Origin: Craspedostauros australis
Lineage: Eukaryota
Length of the DNA: 64,000 bases
NCBI GenBank assembly: GCA_030167865.1
Contig: JALAGF010003286.1
Coordinates: forward strand, 1 to 64,000
Reading direction: 5' to 3'
Part shown: positions 1 through 9,743 of the stretch, piece after piece
How positions within the stretch are numbered: position 1 is the first letter of the stretch
Layout: each line of letters starts with the position of its first letter
Position numbers and translations under genes: made by a program
The notes under the pieces: model-generated
What the model saw: only the letters and a program-made list of their open reading frames with translations
Told to the model about the DNA's origin: nothing
Databases searched by the model: none

Positions 1-2
1 TC

Positions 3-2081
3 GATGATGACTCCACCGAATCCCTCGTCGAGCAGGAAATCCATTTCTTCCTCGGTTTCGACGTCCACGTACTCGCCGTTGTCGTCCTTGATCATGGCGC
101 TGCTCATGGCGATGATGTCCTCCGAGAACCATGCTGTCGTCGATTGGTTGATTTCCGAGGTGCATCGGATACCAATGGTGTGGATGAGTCCAACTGCTTG
201 CGCGAATCTTTCTTCAAAGGCCACGACGTGTATGGCGTCCTCTTTTCCATCGGCCATATGCGTTGTGCTGACGTCATGGATCATCGGGCTTCCGTCCACG
301 GTTTGCCTCGCCAGGAATTCACGCAGAGTCGTGGTATTGGTCTCCGGATCTTTCGTATCCAGCGCGAAGTCTCCTTTGAGCTGCTCGTACTTAAGTCGTC
401 GTACGTAGTTCTGGTGCTTACGTATCATTGCTTGCACCTTCTCCGCTGTCTTGGCTCCCATCACTGATGTGCCGGGTTTTGGCACATACCTGTAGTTCAA
501 GCCTTTCCGATCGCCGTCCTTGGTGTTGAAGATCTTGCCAAGCAACTTGGAAGCTCTGCGTGCGTCCTTGACGTCTGCGTGCAGGTGGAGGGCCATCCAC
601 GGAGAGTTGTACCAGCTTCCTCCGTTCTGAAGGTGTTGGTCCTTGACTTCCTCTGACACTTTGCCCATGAACTTGACCCTTCCTCCGACTTTGAGTTTGG
701 CTCGCTTCTCCTCCAGTAGTTGATTGATGACCTTCAGCGCCTGTTTTGCCTTGGTAAAGTTTCCCGAGTATGCCATGAACCCAATTTCCGTGGTGTGTTC
801 AGCGTCCTTCAAGTCCTGTATGTAGGAGTATTCGCCTTCTTGGTACGCTCCTTCGAGTTCCGTGTTCCAGCTTGTAAACATTTGCATGTCCACGTTGGAA
901 GAGAGCAGGATTTGCAGGTAGACGTCCTCACTTTTGGATGTTGGGTTGGCTCTTCCGATGTAGTATCGAAGGTCCTTCCATGCTGCTGGGATGTCTGCCG
1001 ATGTGACGATGCACCCTTTGGACTTGTTCTTCTTGTACCAGGGGCTGATGACTAGGCTTGCGTCCATGCCTTTTGCCTCCTCGTACCACATCCCGAATCT
1101 TTCTTGGAAGTCCCTCACCGGAGTGCGCGATCCTTTAGCGATTTTTAGTCGCATCTCGAACCTTTCGTAGTATCTGCGTTTTGGGGTGGAGATTTGCGTT
1201 GGCTTCTTTTTCTGCGTTGTCCATCCCTCTTCTTCGGTTGGGCGGTTGCTCGGGTTGTTGTCCGTTGCTGCTGGAGCTTTCGCTGTGCTGAGCTTTCCGT
1301 TTGCGTCTCGCGGAGCTGGCGCTGTTACTTTGGTGGTGGTAGTGAAGGCTGTGAGGTTGGATTGTTTGAGCGGTTTCTTGTGGATGAGTGCTTGAAGATC
1401 GTAGCTGTCGTCGTCGCTTTCAACTTGCATTCCCTCTGTGTCTGTGTTCACCTCTGGGGGCGGGTTCTCATCCATGTATTGACACCCCATGTAGTTCGTG
1501 GCTGCTGCCCACAGGATGGTCATCTGGTTGGTGGCCATGGTCTTCCCGCCTGGCTTGAGCGCGTCCTTAAAGCACTTTGCTGGATCTGTGAGAGACAGAT
1601 CTGCAACGAGTTGCTTTATGGCTACCCTCGCTGGGTCGTCTGGCTGGACCTTGGCTTTGCCCAGTCGCGTGGTGCGCCCGTCCATCACCGTTTGGAAAAA
1701 TGTCGTGGTTTCTTTGATGGTGGGCATGGCCGCCGACACAAGTGCCGTGTCCTTGCCCTCCCACGTCGCCTTCATGACAAGCGTTTTCTTTGTTTGGTTG
1801 TGAAGTGCTCTCTCCTCCTCGCCGTATACCTCCCCCGGCTTGAAGCCTTTGGCTTGACGTGCGATCGCTTCTTGCAGCTTTTTCCACCTCGCTGTGTTGG
1901 GGTCTTTCCATGCTGTGGACACTTCTCCTCTTTTCTCCATCATTTCTTCTGCGTTTCCTTTCGGATTTGGCTTGGGTGGTGGCTTGGGAGAAGCTGTCTG
2001 CACAGCCGGTCCTTGGGCATCCTTCATCTCGGTGTCGTCGACGATGTCGTCTGCGATTCTCACTTGTTTGGTCGTCTTCAT
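3..2081 (-). mobile_element. Long intronless ORF of at least 693 codons, 3'-truncated by the window edge; candidate ORF1 of a non-LTR retrotransposon (possibly diatom Ambal-like)
   Basis: Manual translation of the minus strand from ATG 2081 finds no stop before position 3 (MKTTKQVRIADDIVDDTEMKDAQ...RRYYERFEMRLKI...LVISPWYK...DVYLQILLSSNVDM...YIQDLKDAEHTTEIGFMAYSG...WMALHLHAD...EEMDFLLDEGFGGVII). It is absent from the ORF track because it has no stop in the window. The sense strand is A-rich with frequent AGA/GGA/GAA/ACA codons, unlike neighbouring host genes. The ORF is certain; the retroelement call is inference, as no RT or endonuclease is visible in the window. Confidence 0.55.
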
Positions 2082-2346
2082 TGTCGGTTTTGGATCTTTC
2101 GTGTCACGTAGAGATTGCTGTAGATTGAGTACTGGTTGTTTTTTGGTTTGTGTGTTTTTGTTTTGTTCTAGTGTTATCGTTGGTTTCGTTTTTTCGGGTT
2201 CTGGTATTATCAGGACTTGTACATATCCGTCAGAACCTCTTTGCTTTTGCAACACCAGCGATGATACTGTGGTTGAAACTACGTTCTGCCCAGCAAACTG
2301 GAACCCGGGGAGGGCAAAAGAAAGCCCCTCACCAAGGCCCTCGTGC

Positions 2347-2351
2347 AAAAA
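2347..2351 (-). terminator. RNA polymerase III oligo-T terminator of the tRNA gene
   Basis: The minus strand reads ...GCAGCTA-TA-TTTTT immediately after the tRNA discriminator base. Confidence 0.75.
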
Positions 2352-2353
2352 TA

Positions 2354-2425
2354 TAGCTGCGAGTGGTTTCGATCCACCGACCTCCAGGTTATGAGCCTGG
2401 CACGCTTCCTCTGCGCCACGCAGCT
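2354..2425 (-). tRNA. tRNA-iMet(CAT): Initiator tRNA-Met (anticodon CAT), intronless, 72 nt
   Basis: The minus strand reads AGCTGCGTGGCGCAGAGGAAGCGTGCCAGGCTCATAACCTGGAGGTCGGTGGATCGAAACCACTCGCAGCTA. It has an A1-U72 acceptor stem (AGCTGCG/CGCAGCT), anticodon arm CCAGG-CTCATAA-CCTGG and the eukaryotic initiator-type T loop GATCGAAAC (A54, A60). Confidence 0.97.
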
Positions 2426-2889
2426 GTGTGTCAACTTATGTTGATGCTAATGATGATGAAATCTGAGATTAAAGTTTAACCATTGAGTGTGGCTCTAAGA
2501 ACTTCTTCACACAAACGTGTTTCTGGTGATCTTCACACGTCCATCCACAAACGCAAACGGTAGGTCTCTCTCTTTGGGAGGCGCATCCCCAAGCTTGCCT
2601 CCTCACAACCATCGCAACCTTATTCATGCTCTGAGCTCGTATTGTATTGTATTATATTATTCTATACCATACAATACGGAGCATTCCACCATTGCTCATC
2701 TTTGACCTCCGCGGGTTCATCGGCATCGCCCACATCATCATCAGAGCTGCCAGCGTCGTTGACATTGCTGTAGTTCGTGGCGACCGCTGTGATACCCATC
2801 GTCACAATCGCAGCCAGCACTGGCAGGAGCATCAAGAGCACTAGTGCGAGTGCGAGTACGTGTACGAGTTCGTGGAGTCCTGGTTGATC

Positions 2890-4404
2890 ATGGCGCAAAC
2901 GTCGGAGTCGTCGGGGCCATCACAGCCCCGATCTTCCGAAGAGGAGGCGCAGGCTGTGCCTGGCGCGAACATGTTCGTCACCACATCGTCGATCCTGGAC
3001 CAACTGAACAACAACCTCAAATCGCTGAGGAACGAAGGAGAGCAGCTCGAAGGACGCTTTGAGCTGCAGAAGCGCCTGCCAGATGGTTCCGCCGTCCCCG
3101 CTTCCAACAAGGACATCGCCGCGAGCGACTGCAAGACCAAGCTGCAGCAATCCGCGCAGTTCGTTGCGCAGCTTGCGCCCGAGGACCAGCTTCTCTGGGC
3201 GCACCAGCAACGTCAGATTGCGAATGAGACCTTCGCGAGAGGCGAGTACACGCAGGCCATGGATCTCTACCTCACCTGCTTGGTCGCCTGTCCCAAACAG
3301 CCTGATCAGGAGGACGCGTTGCAAGCGATACATGAGGTGCCGAAGCACAAGGGTGCTGCTCTGGACAGGAAGGATCAGTTTCTGTATGAGATCGTCACGC
3401 CGGTCCTCAACAATCTCTCCCAATGCGCTTTGCAACTGGGGATGTACAAAAAGGCGATCCAATTCTGTGATATGGCCCTGGTGGAACCGCCGGCAGAGCT
3501 CTCCGTCAGCAAGCCGCACGCTGGCAAAACAGTTGCTGCCTCTCACTCGGCAACGTACGTCGTTGATGTATTGAAGCATGTGTCGCAGCTTCGAAGTCAC
3601 GGCCGATTGCCGTACCTGCTGGATCCTCACGACTGCGCATCAAATGAAAGCGCTTCTACTGGCGTCGCTGCACCAACAGGGCAAACGCAGTCGCCGGATC
3701 CGCTCCTGGCACTTTGCAAGCTGTATTTCAAACGGTCCAAGGCAAACCGGTTGTCTGGCAACTACCAGCAGGCTCGACAAGATCATCAGACATCCCAGGA
3801 CTGGCTGGACCAGGCATCCACCGTCAATGATTCTTCTTCACCCTCCGCGGCAGACGCAGGCACTGCGCCTCAAATCACAACCGGCAACAGCGACGTCAAC
3901 TTGCCTTTGCCGGACACCGACTATTCCAGTTACCAGTCGGCGCTGGACAAGGAGCATCGCCTGCTGCAAAAGGCGCATCGCGAAGGATCCCGCAATGAGC
4001 AACGTCAGAAGACGGCGATGCGCAAGGCTATGGCAGCCACAGCAAAGATGGCAGAAGCAACGGCGACAGACTCATCACATGCCGCCGCAGCGGATGGCGT
4101 GTCTGGATTGGGCACTGCGCGGGAGTTTTCTCTATTGCGCGATCCCAGCGAACGACATCACAAGAAGAACCACAACAACACGAATGGAACAGATGCAGGT
4201 CAACAATCTCAGCGACAGCGGCAGCGAAGACGAACAGGATCGCCACCCGGCGTTGTGCTTGACGACATCGACCCTCGCGACTTATCGTACGTTCAGTACT
4301 ACTTCTATGTTGTCAGCCGCATCCTTGAAAGTACAATAGAATGGCTGGATACCTTCGAACGACAACCGCAGACAAAGGCAAAGACGAAGACCAAGGAGGC
4401 CTAG
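2890..4404 (+). CDS. TPR-repeat protein (co-chaperone-like), about 504 aa, single exon
   Basis: TPR-like helices ANETFARGEYTQAMDLYLTCL, VLNNLSQCALQLGMYKKAIQFCDMAL and KLYFKRSKANRLSGNYQQARQD. First in-frame ATG is 2890, with an in-frame TAG upstream at 2842. Confidence 0.8.
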   Translation: MAQTSESSGPSQPRSSEEEAQAVPGANMFVTTSSILDQLNNNLKSLRNEGEQLEGRFELQKRLPDGSAVPASNKDIAASDCKTKLQQSAQFVAQLAPEDQLLWAHQQRQIANETFARGEYTQAMDLYLTCLVACPKQPDQEDALQAIHEVPKHKGAALDRKDQFLYEIVTPVLNNLSQCALQLGMYKKAIQFCDMALVEPPAELSVSKPHAGKTVAASHSATYVVDVLKHVSQLRSHGRLPYLLDPHDCASNESASTGVAAPTGQTQSPDPLLALCKLYFKRSKANRLSGNYQQARQDHQTSQDWLDQASTVNDSSSPSAADAGTAPQITTGNSDVNLPLPDTDYSSYQSALDKEHRLLQKAHREGSRNEQRQKTAMRKAMAATAKMAEATATDSSHAAAADGVSGLGTAREFSLLRDPSERHHKKNHNNTNGTDAGQQSQRQRQRRRTGSPPGVVLDDIDPRDLSYVQYYFYVVSRILESTIEWLDTFERQPQTKAKTKTKEA

Positions 4405-4619
4405 CATGCTATCGCGACAACACAAAGAGAGAGTGAGTGTGTGTGTGTTACGAAGTTAAGTCGGTTGCGTACTCTAGCACACGTACTCAATCTTTCGACG
4501 ATATATATTATATCTGGGACCCATACATGCTTACTGCGATGGGCCTCCTCTACAAAAATTATTCCCACCATCAATCGCGAGCGTGCGAGACGTTGGGATA
4601 TGCCTGTCCTACTCGCACG

Positions 4620-7064
4620 CTACATCTCACCATCGCTACCACCGGCCGTCGCAGCAACGGCTTCTTTGAGTTGGCTCTTCATCATTGCTTCCAACAGATT
4701 CATCAATCGGTCGTTTTGTGATACAGACGTCTTCATTTGTTGTTCCATCAACAAAATTGTGTGGCGGAATTGCATGTATTGCAGTACCACCACGATTGAC
4801 AACAGTAGCAAGCAAACATGTGCAATGCGATCCGAATACCTCCGATGCGCAGGATGCGCCGTCGCGCTTTCTGCTGCTGTTGCTCCTGTCGTCACACCCA
4901 GTGATGTTGGCGTCGGTGCCGAGATTGCCAGCGATTTCGTCTTCTGACTCATGGTCTCCACAGCTTCCATGACATTGACACTGTTAGTGTCGTGGTCGAT
5001 GCCGGTTTCATTCTCATGTCTCTCGTCCCAACTGCTGGTCTTGTCCATCTCCTGCAGTGCAAGTGTGGAGACGGCATTTTCGATGATTTGGAGGTAACCC
5101 TGGAACCATTTCTTCGTTTCTTCGCGGCTATTCTTTTGGATCATGGCCTGTAGGATGGTGAATTTCGTGAATACCACTTGGAAGGACACCGTGAGCGTGC
5201 CTTCCGCAGATATGCGCCACTGGTCGAGGATGTGAAAACAATCGACCATCGGGATACCCTGCACCTGCGTCTTGCTTTCCATGACGATGCCGTGCCTGCC
5301 GAAGTGTCGTACAGTCTGTCGACGGAATGTCTTGACATGCGATGGTCCGATCGGTTTGTTGAGAGGATGGTCGAATTCGACCGTGCGTTGCAAGTCCGGT
5401 AGTGACGCTTGCGATTGCGGTTGCCACGGCGAGATCTGGATGCGAAGATCGCCAATCTTATCGCGTTGATATCGAGTGATAGCATGCGGTGCATCGTCCG
5501 CCAAAAACAGGTCGAAGAATTGCTGCGGCGAGCAGCCATCTAGTTGCATGGAGTCGACGACGACCTCCTTGAGCGTCTGGTTTTGGATGTTCAACCATCT
5601 TCGTTGTGCTTCTTTGTCAGCGCTGGTGTTCCCACTTGACAGGTTTCCAACCAGACCTGCTTGTGCTCTTGTTGTGTGCGATTGCGTTGAAGTTGAAGCG
5701 AACTGATGGGGCACTGACGCATCTTGGTACGTTGGAGCAGCTGCGCCTGTTGTATTCCAGCGACGTGCATCCCCTATCACGGTGGGTAGAGGCGAGTGAG
5801 GTCTGCTTGTGCTTCTCGGGCTGATCATCGGTGCTTGCAAGCTCCCGCCTGTCCATCGTCTTTGCAGAATGCGAGTTGGATGCGGTGGTGATGAAGCGGG
5901 CGATGATAACAGTGGCGACGATGTCAATGCCGGTGTGTGCTGAGCACATGGGTCGATGAGTATGGGCACCGATTGGGAGCGAGGCCGAGCTGGGGCGCTT
6001 CCTGCTTCAGCCCCATCCAAATGCAAACTCATCTCGGAACAGAGATGCGATCTATTGCCATGTCGCGACCTCGCGTGATGCGATCCGCTGGCAATGGTGG
6101 ACATGGATGCGAATGGGAATGTCGTGGTATGGCGGAGCGTTGGCGACGACGCCCCATTCGATGCCACGCTCAAATCCTCAGGTGTGCCAATCTCGGCAAC
6201 ACCACCACCATCATTGTTGGGACCGTTGTCGCTGTGGCCATCCATTGAATGCGCAGCACGGTGCTGGGCCAGGATGCCTTGGAACCACTTGGCGGAACTT
6301 TGATTTTCCGTAAATTTTTTGAAGACATAGTCTTCGCAATCCACCATGAAGATGCGAACGGAGGTGGATCGGTAGGCATTGATGTGCGTAATGTCTCTGA
6401 ATTGCAGGCAGAGCCGTCGTTCGAAGCCGAAGATGTTGCAATAGTAGAGAATGGCGTGCGGCGTGACGAAGAGACGTCCCATGACGCGGTTGTAGGTGAC
6501 GGAGAATTCCTTGATGCAGGCTCCGACGTGTGCACCAAACAAGTTCTTGACAGTCTCGTTGCGCTCGTTGATCGCGGCTTGCATTGTTCGACTTTGCGAT
6601 GGTGCGGCTGCATGATTGTCACCACGCCGATGCTGCTGTTGTGATTGCCTCTGTGGGTTCCTTTGCCTTGGCGAGGTGGTATTGCCGGAATCTGTGGTTG
6701 GGCTCGGCCTGGAGTGGATGGCATCACCTTGTGGAGCCGCTTCCGTCACTGGTTGCATGGTTCGGTCGATACCATCATGAGCCTCAGCAGCACTGTCATG
6801 TCCATCGCAGGAGTGCTGTTGCCCATCGCTGTTCTGCGAGACTTCATCGTGGCTGACGCTGGACGTGTCGACCGAACCATGCCTTTCTCGTGTCCCATTG
6901 TGTTGAATATTGGTACCGTGGTGATCGCCATCATGCTGGCCATCATGCTGTTGCTGGTAGTTGTATTGAGGCTGCTGCATCGATTCCTCAGGCATCAGCG
7001 ATGGCAACTCCTTGGTTTCGATCGTCTGTCCGAGCTGTGCTGTTGATGCGAAGAACACGGTCAT
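4620..7064 (-). CDS. GRAM + VASt (StART-like) domain protein with C-terminal TM helix and coiled coil (LAM/Aster/VAD1-like lipid transfer protein), 814 aa
   Basis: GRAM: EFSVTYNRVMGRLFVTPHAILYYCNIFGFERRLCLQFRDI. VASt: CSPQQFFDLFLADD...RTVEFDHPLNKPIGP...VQGIPMVDCFHILDQWRI...MIQKNSREETKKWF. TM: IAHVCLLLLSIVVVLQYM. Confidence 0.88.
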   Translation of the reverse strand: MTVFFASTAQLGQTIETKELPSLMPEESMQQPQYNYQQQHDGQHDGDHHGTNIQHNGTRERHGSVDTSSVSHDEVSQNSDGQQHSCDGHDSAAEAHDGIDRTMQPVTEAAPQGDAIHSRPSPTTDSGNTTSPRQRNPQRQSQQQHRRGDNHAAAPSQSRTMQAAINERNETVKNLFGAHVGACIKEFSVTYNRVMGRLFVTPHAILYYCNIFGFERRLCLQFRDITHINAYRSTSVRIFMVDCEDYVFKKFTENQSSAKWFQGILAQHRAAHSMDGHSDNGPNNDGGGVAEIGTPEDLSVASNGASSPTLRHTTTFPFASMSTIASGSHHARSRHGNRSHLCSEMSLHLDGAEAGSAPARPRSQSVPILIDPCAQHTPALTSSPLLSSPASSPPHPTRILQRRWTGGSLQAPMISPRSTSRPHSPLPTVIGDARRWNTTGAAAPTYQDASVPHQFASTSTQSHTTRAQAGLVGNLSSGNTSADKEAQRRWLNIQNQTLKEVVVDSMQLDGCSPQQFFDLFLADDAPHAITRYQRDKIGDLRIQISPWQPQSQASLPDLQRTVEFDHPLNKPIGPSHVKTFRRQTVRHFGRHGIVMESKTQVQGIPMVDCFHILDQWRISAEGTLTVSFQVVFTKFTILQAMIQKNSREETKKWFQGYLQIIENAVSTLALQEMDKTSSWDERHENETGIDHDTNSVNVMEAVETMSQKTKSLAISAPTPTSLGVTTGATAAESATAHPAHRRYSDRIAHVCLLLLSIVVVLQYMQFRHTILLMEQQMKTSVSQNDRLMNLLEAMMKSQLKEAVAATAGGSDGEM

Positions 7065-9743
7065 GATTGTCGCTATTGCCTGTGAGCGTTGGTACCTACT
7101 CTGATGCGTGTTTCAGCTCGTCCTTGTATTGCTATTGCTGTTAAGGCTGCCGATTGCTCTGGTGCCGTCTCTGGCTCCACCACGTTCCGCACTGTTGTTG
7201 CAGATGTGATTGTGATTATGCGAGTAGGCATGGAGTGCTCTCCAGTGATGTAATAATCACCTGCGTGCGCCTTGTTGCGATGGTGATGTCCTCCCTGCCA
7301 ACTCGAAGCGAGTTTCCCACTGTCTCCTCTCTGATGCGTATGGGCGTTCGGAGACGAGGAGGCGGGTGTTCTTGTGATGATGGTGGGGAGGCGGGGAGGT
7401 GATGAGGTGACACCCAAGGAGCGGTGATGGACGCGAACTCTTCTTCGGTAAGTGACGAAAGGAATATCGCCGTGGCTTCACTCCAAACGGGTGTCGTCGT
7501 CGTCGTCGTCGTTGTTGTTCTTGTCGTTGTTGTTCCTCGTCTCTCCTCCCTTGTGTGTCGTGGACAGCGTGATCAACGATGATGCACAAAGAAAGGAGGA
7601 AAGACACGTCGTCCGCACCAGCCCGAGAGTGTTCACGCGCGAGCACACACAAGAAGGTGCCCTGGCACGCGGGTGAGAAAGCCGATGTGATACCGATGTG
7701 TCCAAGTTTGCGTCACATCACCTCCAACACACGACTGCCAACAGATAAATGCGAGAAGAAAAAAGACATCAGAGCAAAGCAAAACAGAACAGAACGCAGA
7801 GGGAACCCGCGATAAAAAGACATCCAAGACATGGATTCAAATGGTCCCGTGTTTGTTGTTCGATCGTGCGAGGGTTCCGTTTCTGATGTGTTCGCATTTT
7901 GTTGGGCGACGCGAATTCGAATGAAGCTCGTGGGTTCGTTTTCACTAGGTACTTATATAGTCATAACATGATGACGCCACATGCGGGTGTCCACAACCCA
8001 ACCCTTTTTGGCGGTTCTGGACAGAATCGATTTGATTGGTCAATTGGTGGTCTGTTGCAGATGACATCATCTTCAACTCTGTTGGATCATCACGAGTTGA
8101 TTGGGTCCGAGACTGGGATGCGGGACTCGGGGTTTGCGGGGATGATATCCTGACCGAAAAGATACCTTCAAGATCGGATGTGCAGTGCGGCAATCCGCCA
8201 GGCGGAGTTCTGGGAGGTCGGATCATACAAAGGATGTGTGACGCGGTGGCTCTAACAAAGCTGCGCGTTGGACACCAGAAGCGACGTGGAGAGGACGGTT
8301 TTGCTTGTTTTGATGTTTGTGTCTCCAAGGATTCTGGGAAAGACAAGGTCAAGAATTTCAAGCAGTGAGACTCGATCGAAGAGAGACACGATGCGAGAGC
8401 GCGTCGAGACTCGATCCAAGGGTGAATGACAAGAGAGAGGTGGAACAAGGAGGGTGCGACAAACCAAGGCAAGGGCAAGGTACGAGAAGAATCATCACGA
8501 AAAGATCAACCGCAACAAGAGAAGTGGCAACGCCAAGACGCGGTTTATGTGGCGATCCGCGTGCATGGGTTGATTGCCAACAGAAACGTCTTTGATGGAT
8601 GCAGGAAGGGCCTGAAGAGTGACGGATGTGAAGTGAGCCTCGAGTTGATGGACGCCCTGCGAATTCGAGTACTCTATCCGGAAAGTGAGCATCGAGTATT
8701 GGGAATTGAGCAGTCATCATCGAGGTGCCAAAGGAAGAACGGGCACGACGGTTCCGTTGGTGTTCTAATACGAGTGCAAGAAGAGTGAAGCTTCGAGTGC
8801 TCCTCCATAGAAGTAAAGTAGAGCAGAGCAGAACAGAGTGGAGGACTCTATTCTGCCTCATTCTGTCCTGCCGAGAGACCATCCATCCATTCCATCCATC
8901 GGGACGGGAGGGAACGGAACGGGGAACACATCAAGGAAGGTCAGGTCGGATCGATGCGGTTGAGAGAGCAGCGTGCACAACACAGATAGACGAGCTATCT
9001 GCGGTGCTGCGTCTACTGTCGGAATTCTATCGGAATCGCAGTCAGGGTTGAGACCTACATCGTCTGCGCCCACTGCAACCGTGTAGTAGTAGGAGCAGGA
9101 GGAGTAGGAGCAAGAAGAGAAACAGGAGCAGGAGTAGAGACGAAGTACTCGTGGCAGAGTAGCTGGTTCATTGCATCCAGCTGCTATCGAAGAAGGAACA
9201 TGGCCGATGATGGTGCCAATGCTCCGCAAAAGGATGATCGGCGTGAGTTTCCAATGTGCTGTCTACGACTACGGGTGAAGAGCTAGAGGTGGACATCATC
9301 ATCTTGGTTGCGTGGGAGGTTGATGTGTTGCGCGTTGATGGAAGCGTTGGCGGAAACGACGAAAGGAGGAGAACAAGCAAGAAACGCAGGGTGGTCGCAA
9401 GTTCCCGTTGGTTGGTGGAATTGCGCCAAAATGGGCGGCCACAAGCGACGTTCTACTTGTCATTGCAGTTGTTGATGGTATCTTGTGGGCGCATCTCTTG
9501 AATTCCTCTCATCTGTCAACTCACGTGTTGAATCCACACAGCATCGCATACTGGCACTCACACTTTGACAACCATCGTCATCTTTCATCTCGCTGGTCCG
9601 TCCATCTCGTTTTGCGGTGCTGGATCTCGCGCAATTCGGCGCATCTTGGTGTCTCGTTTTGATGTCTCCCAACGTCGCTGAACGCTGGACGCTGAACACG
9701 CTGAACAACGGCACGACTATGTTCTCGTTTCTCGTTTCACGGT

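Noticed and set aside
2195-2346. Canonical HDV-like or hammerhead ribozyme call
   Set aside because: The helix order fits HDV but the conserved core nucleotides do not, and there is no CUGANGA/GAAA hammerhead core. Kept only as a candidate structured leader.
4-2394. Plus-strand ORFs of 134-305 aa listed over the left edge
   Set aside because: These are antisense shadows of the long minus-strand ORF, with no protein-like motifs.
2354-2425. tRNA-Met sequence as an LTR primer-binding site or a SINE head
   Set aside because: It is a complete cloverleaf with its own terminator, in sense orientation and without encoded CCA; no LTR is visible.
7065-9743. Many short ORFs in the 2.7-kb divergent intergenic region
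   Set aside because: No coherent coding signal or motifs; consistent with UTRs and promoters containing simple repeats.
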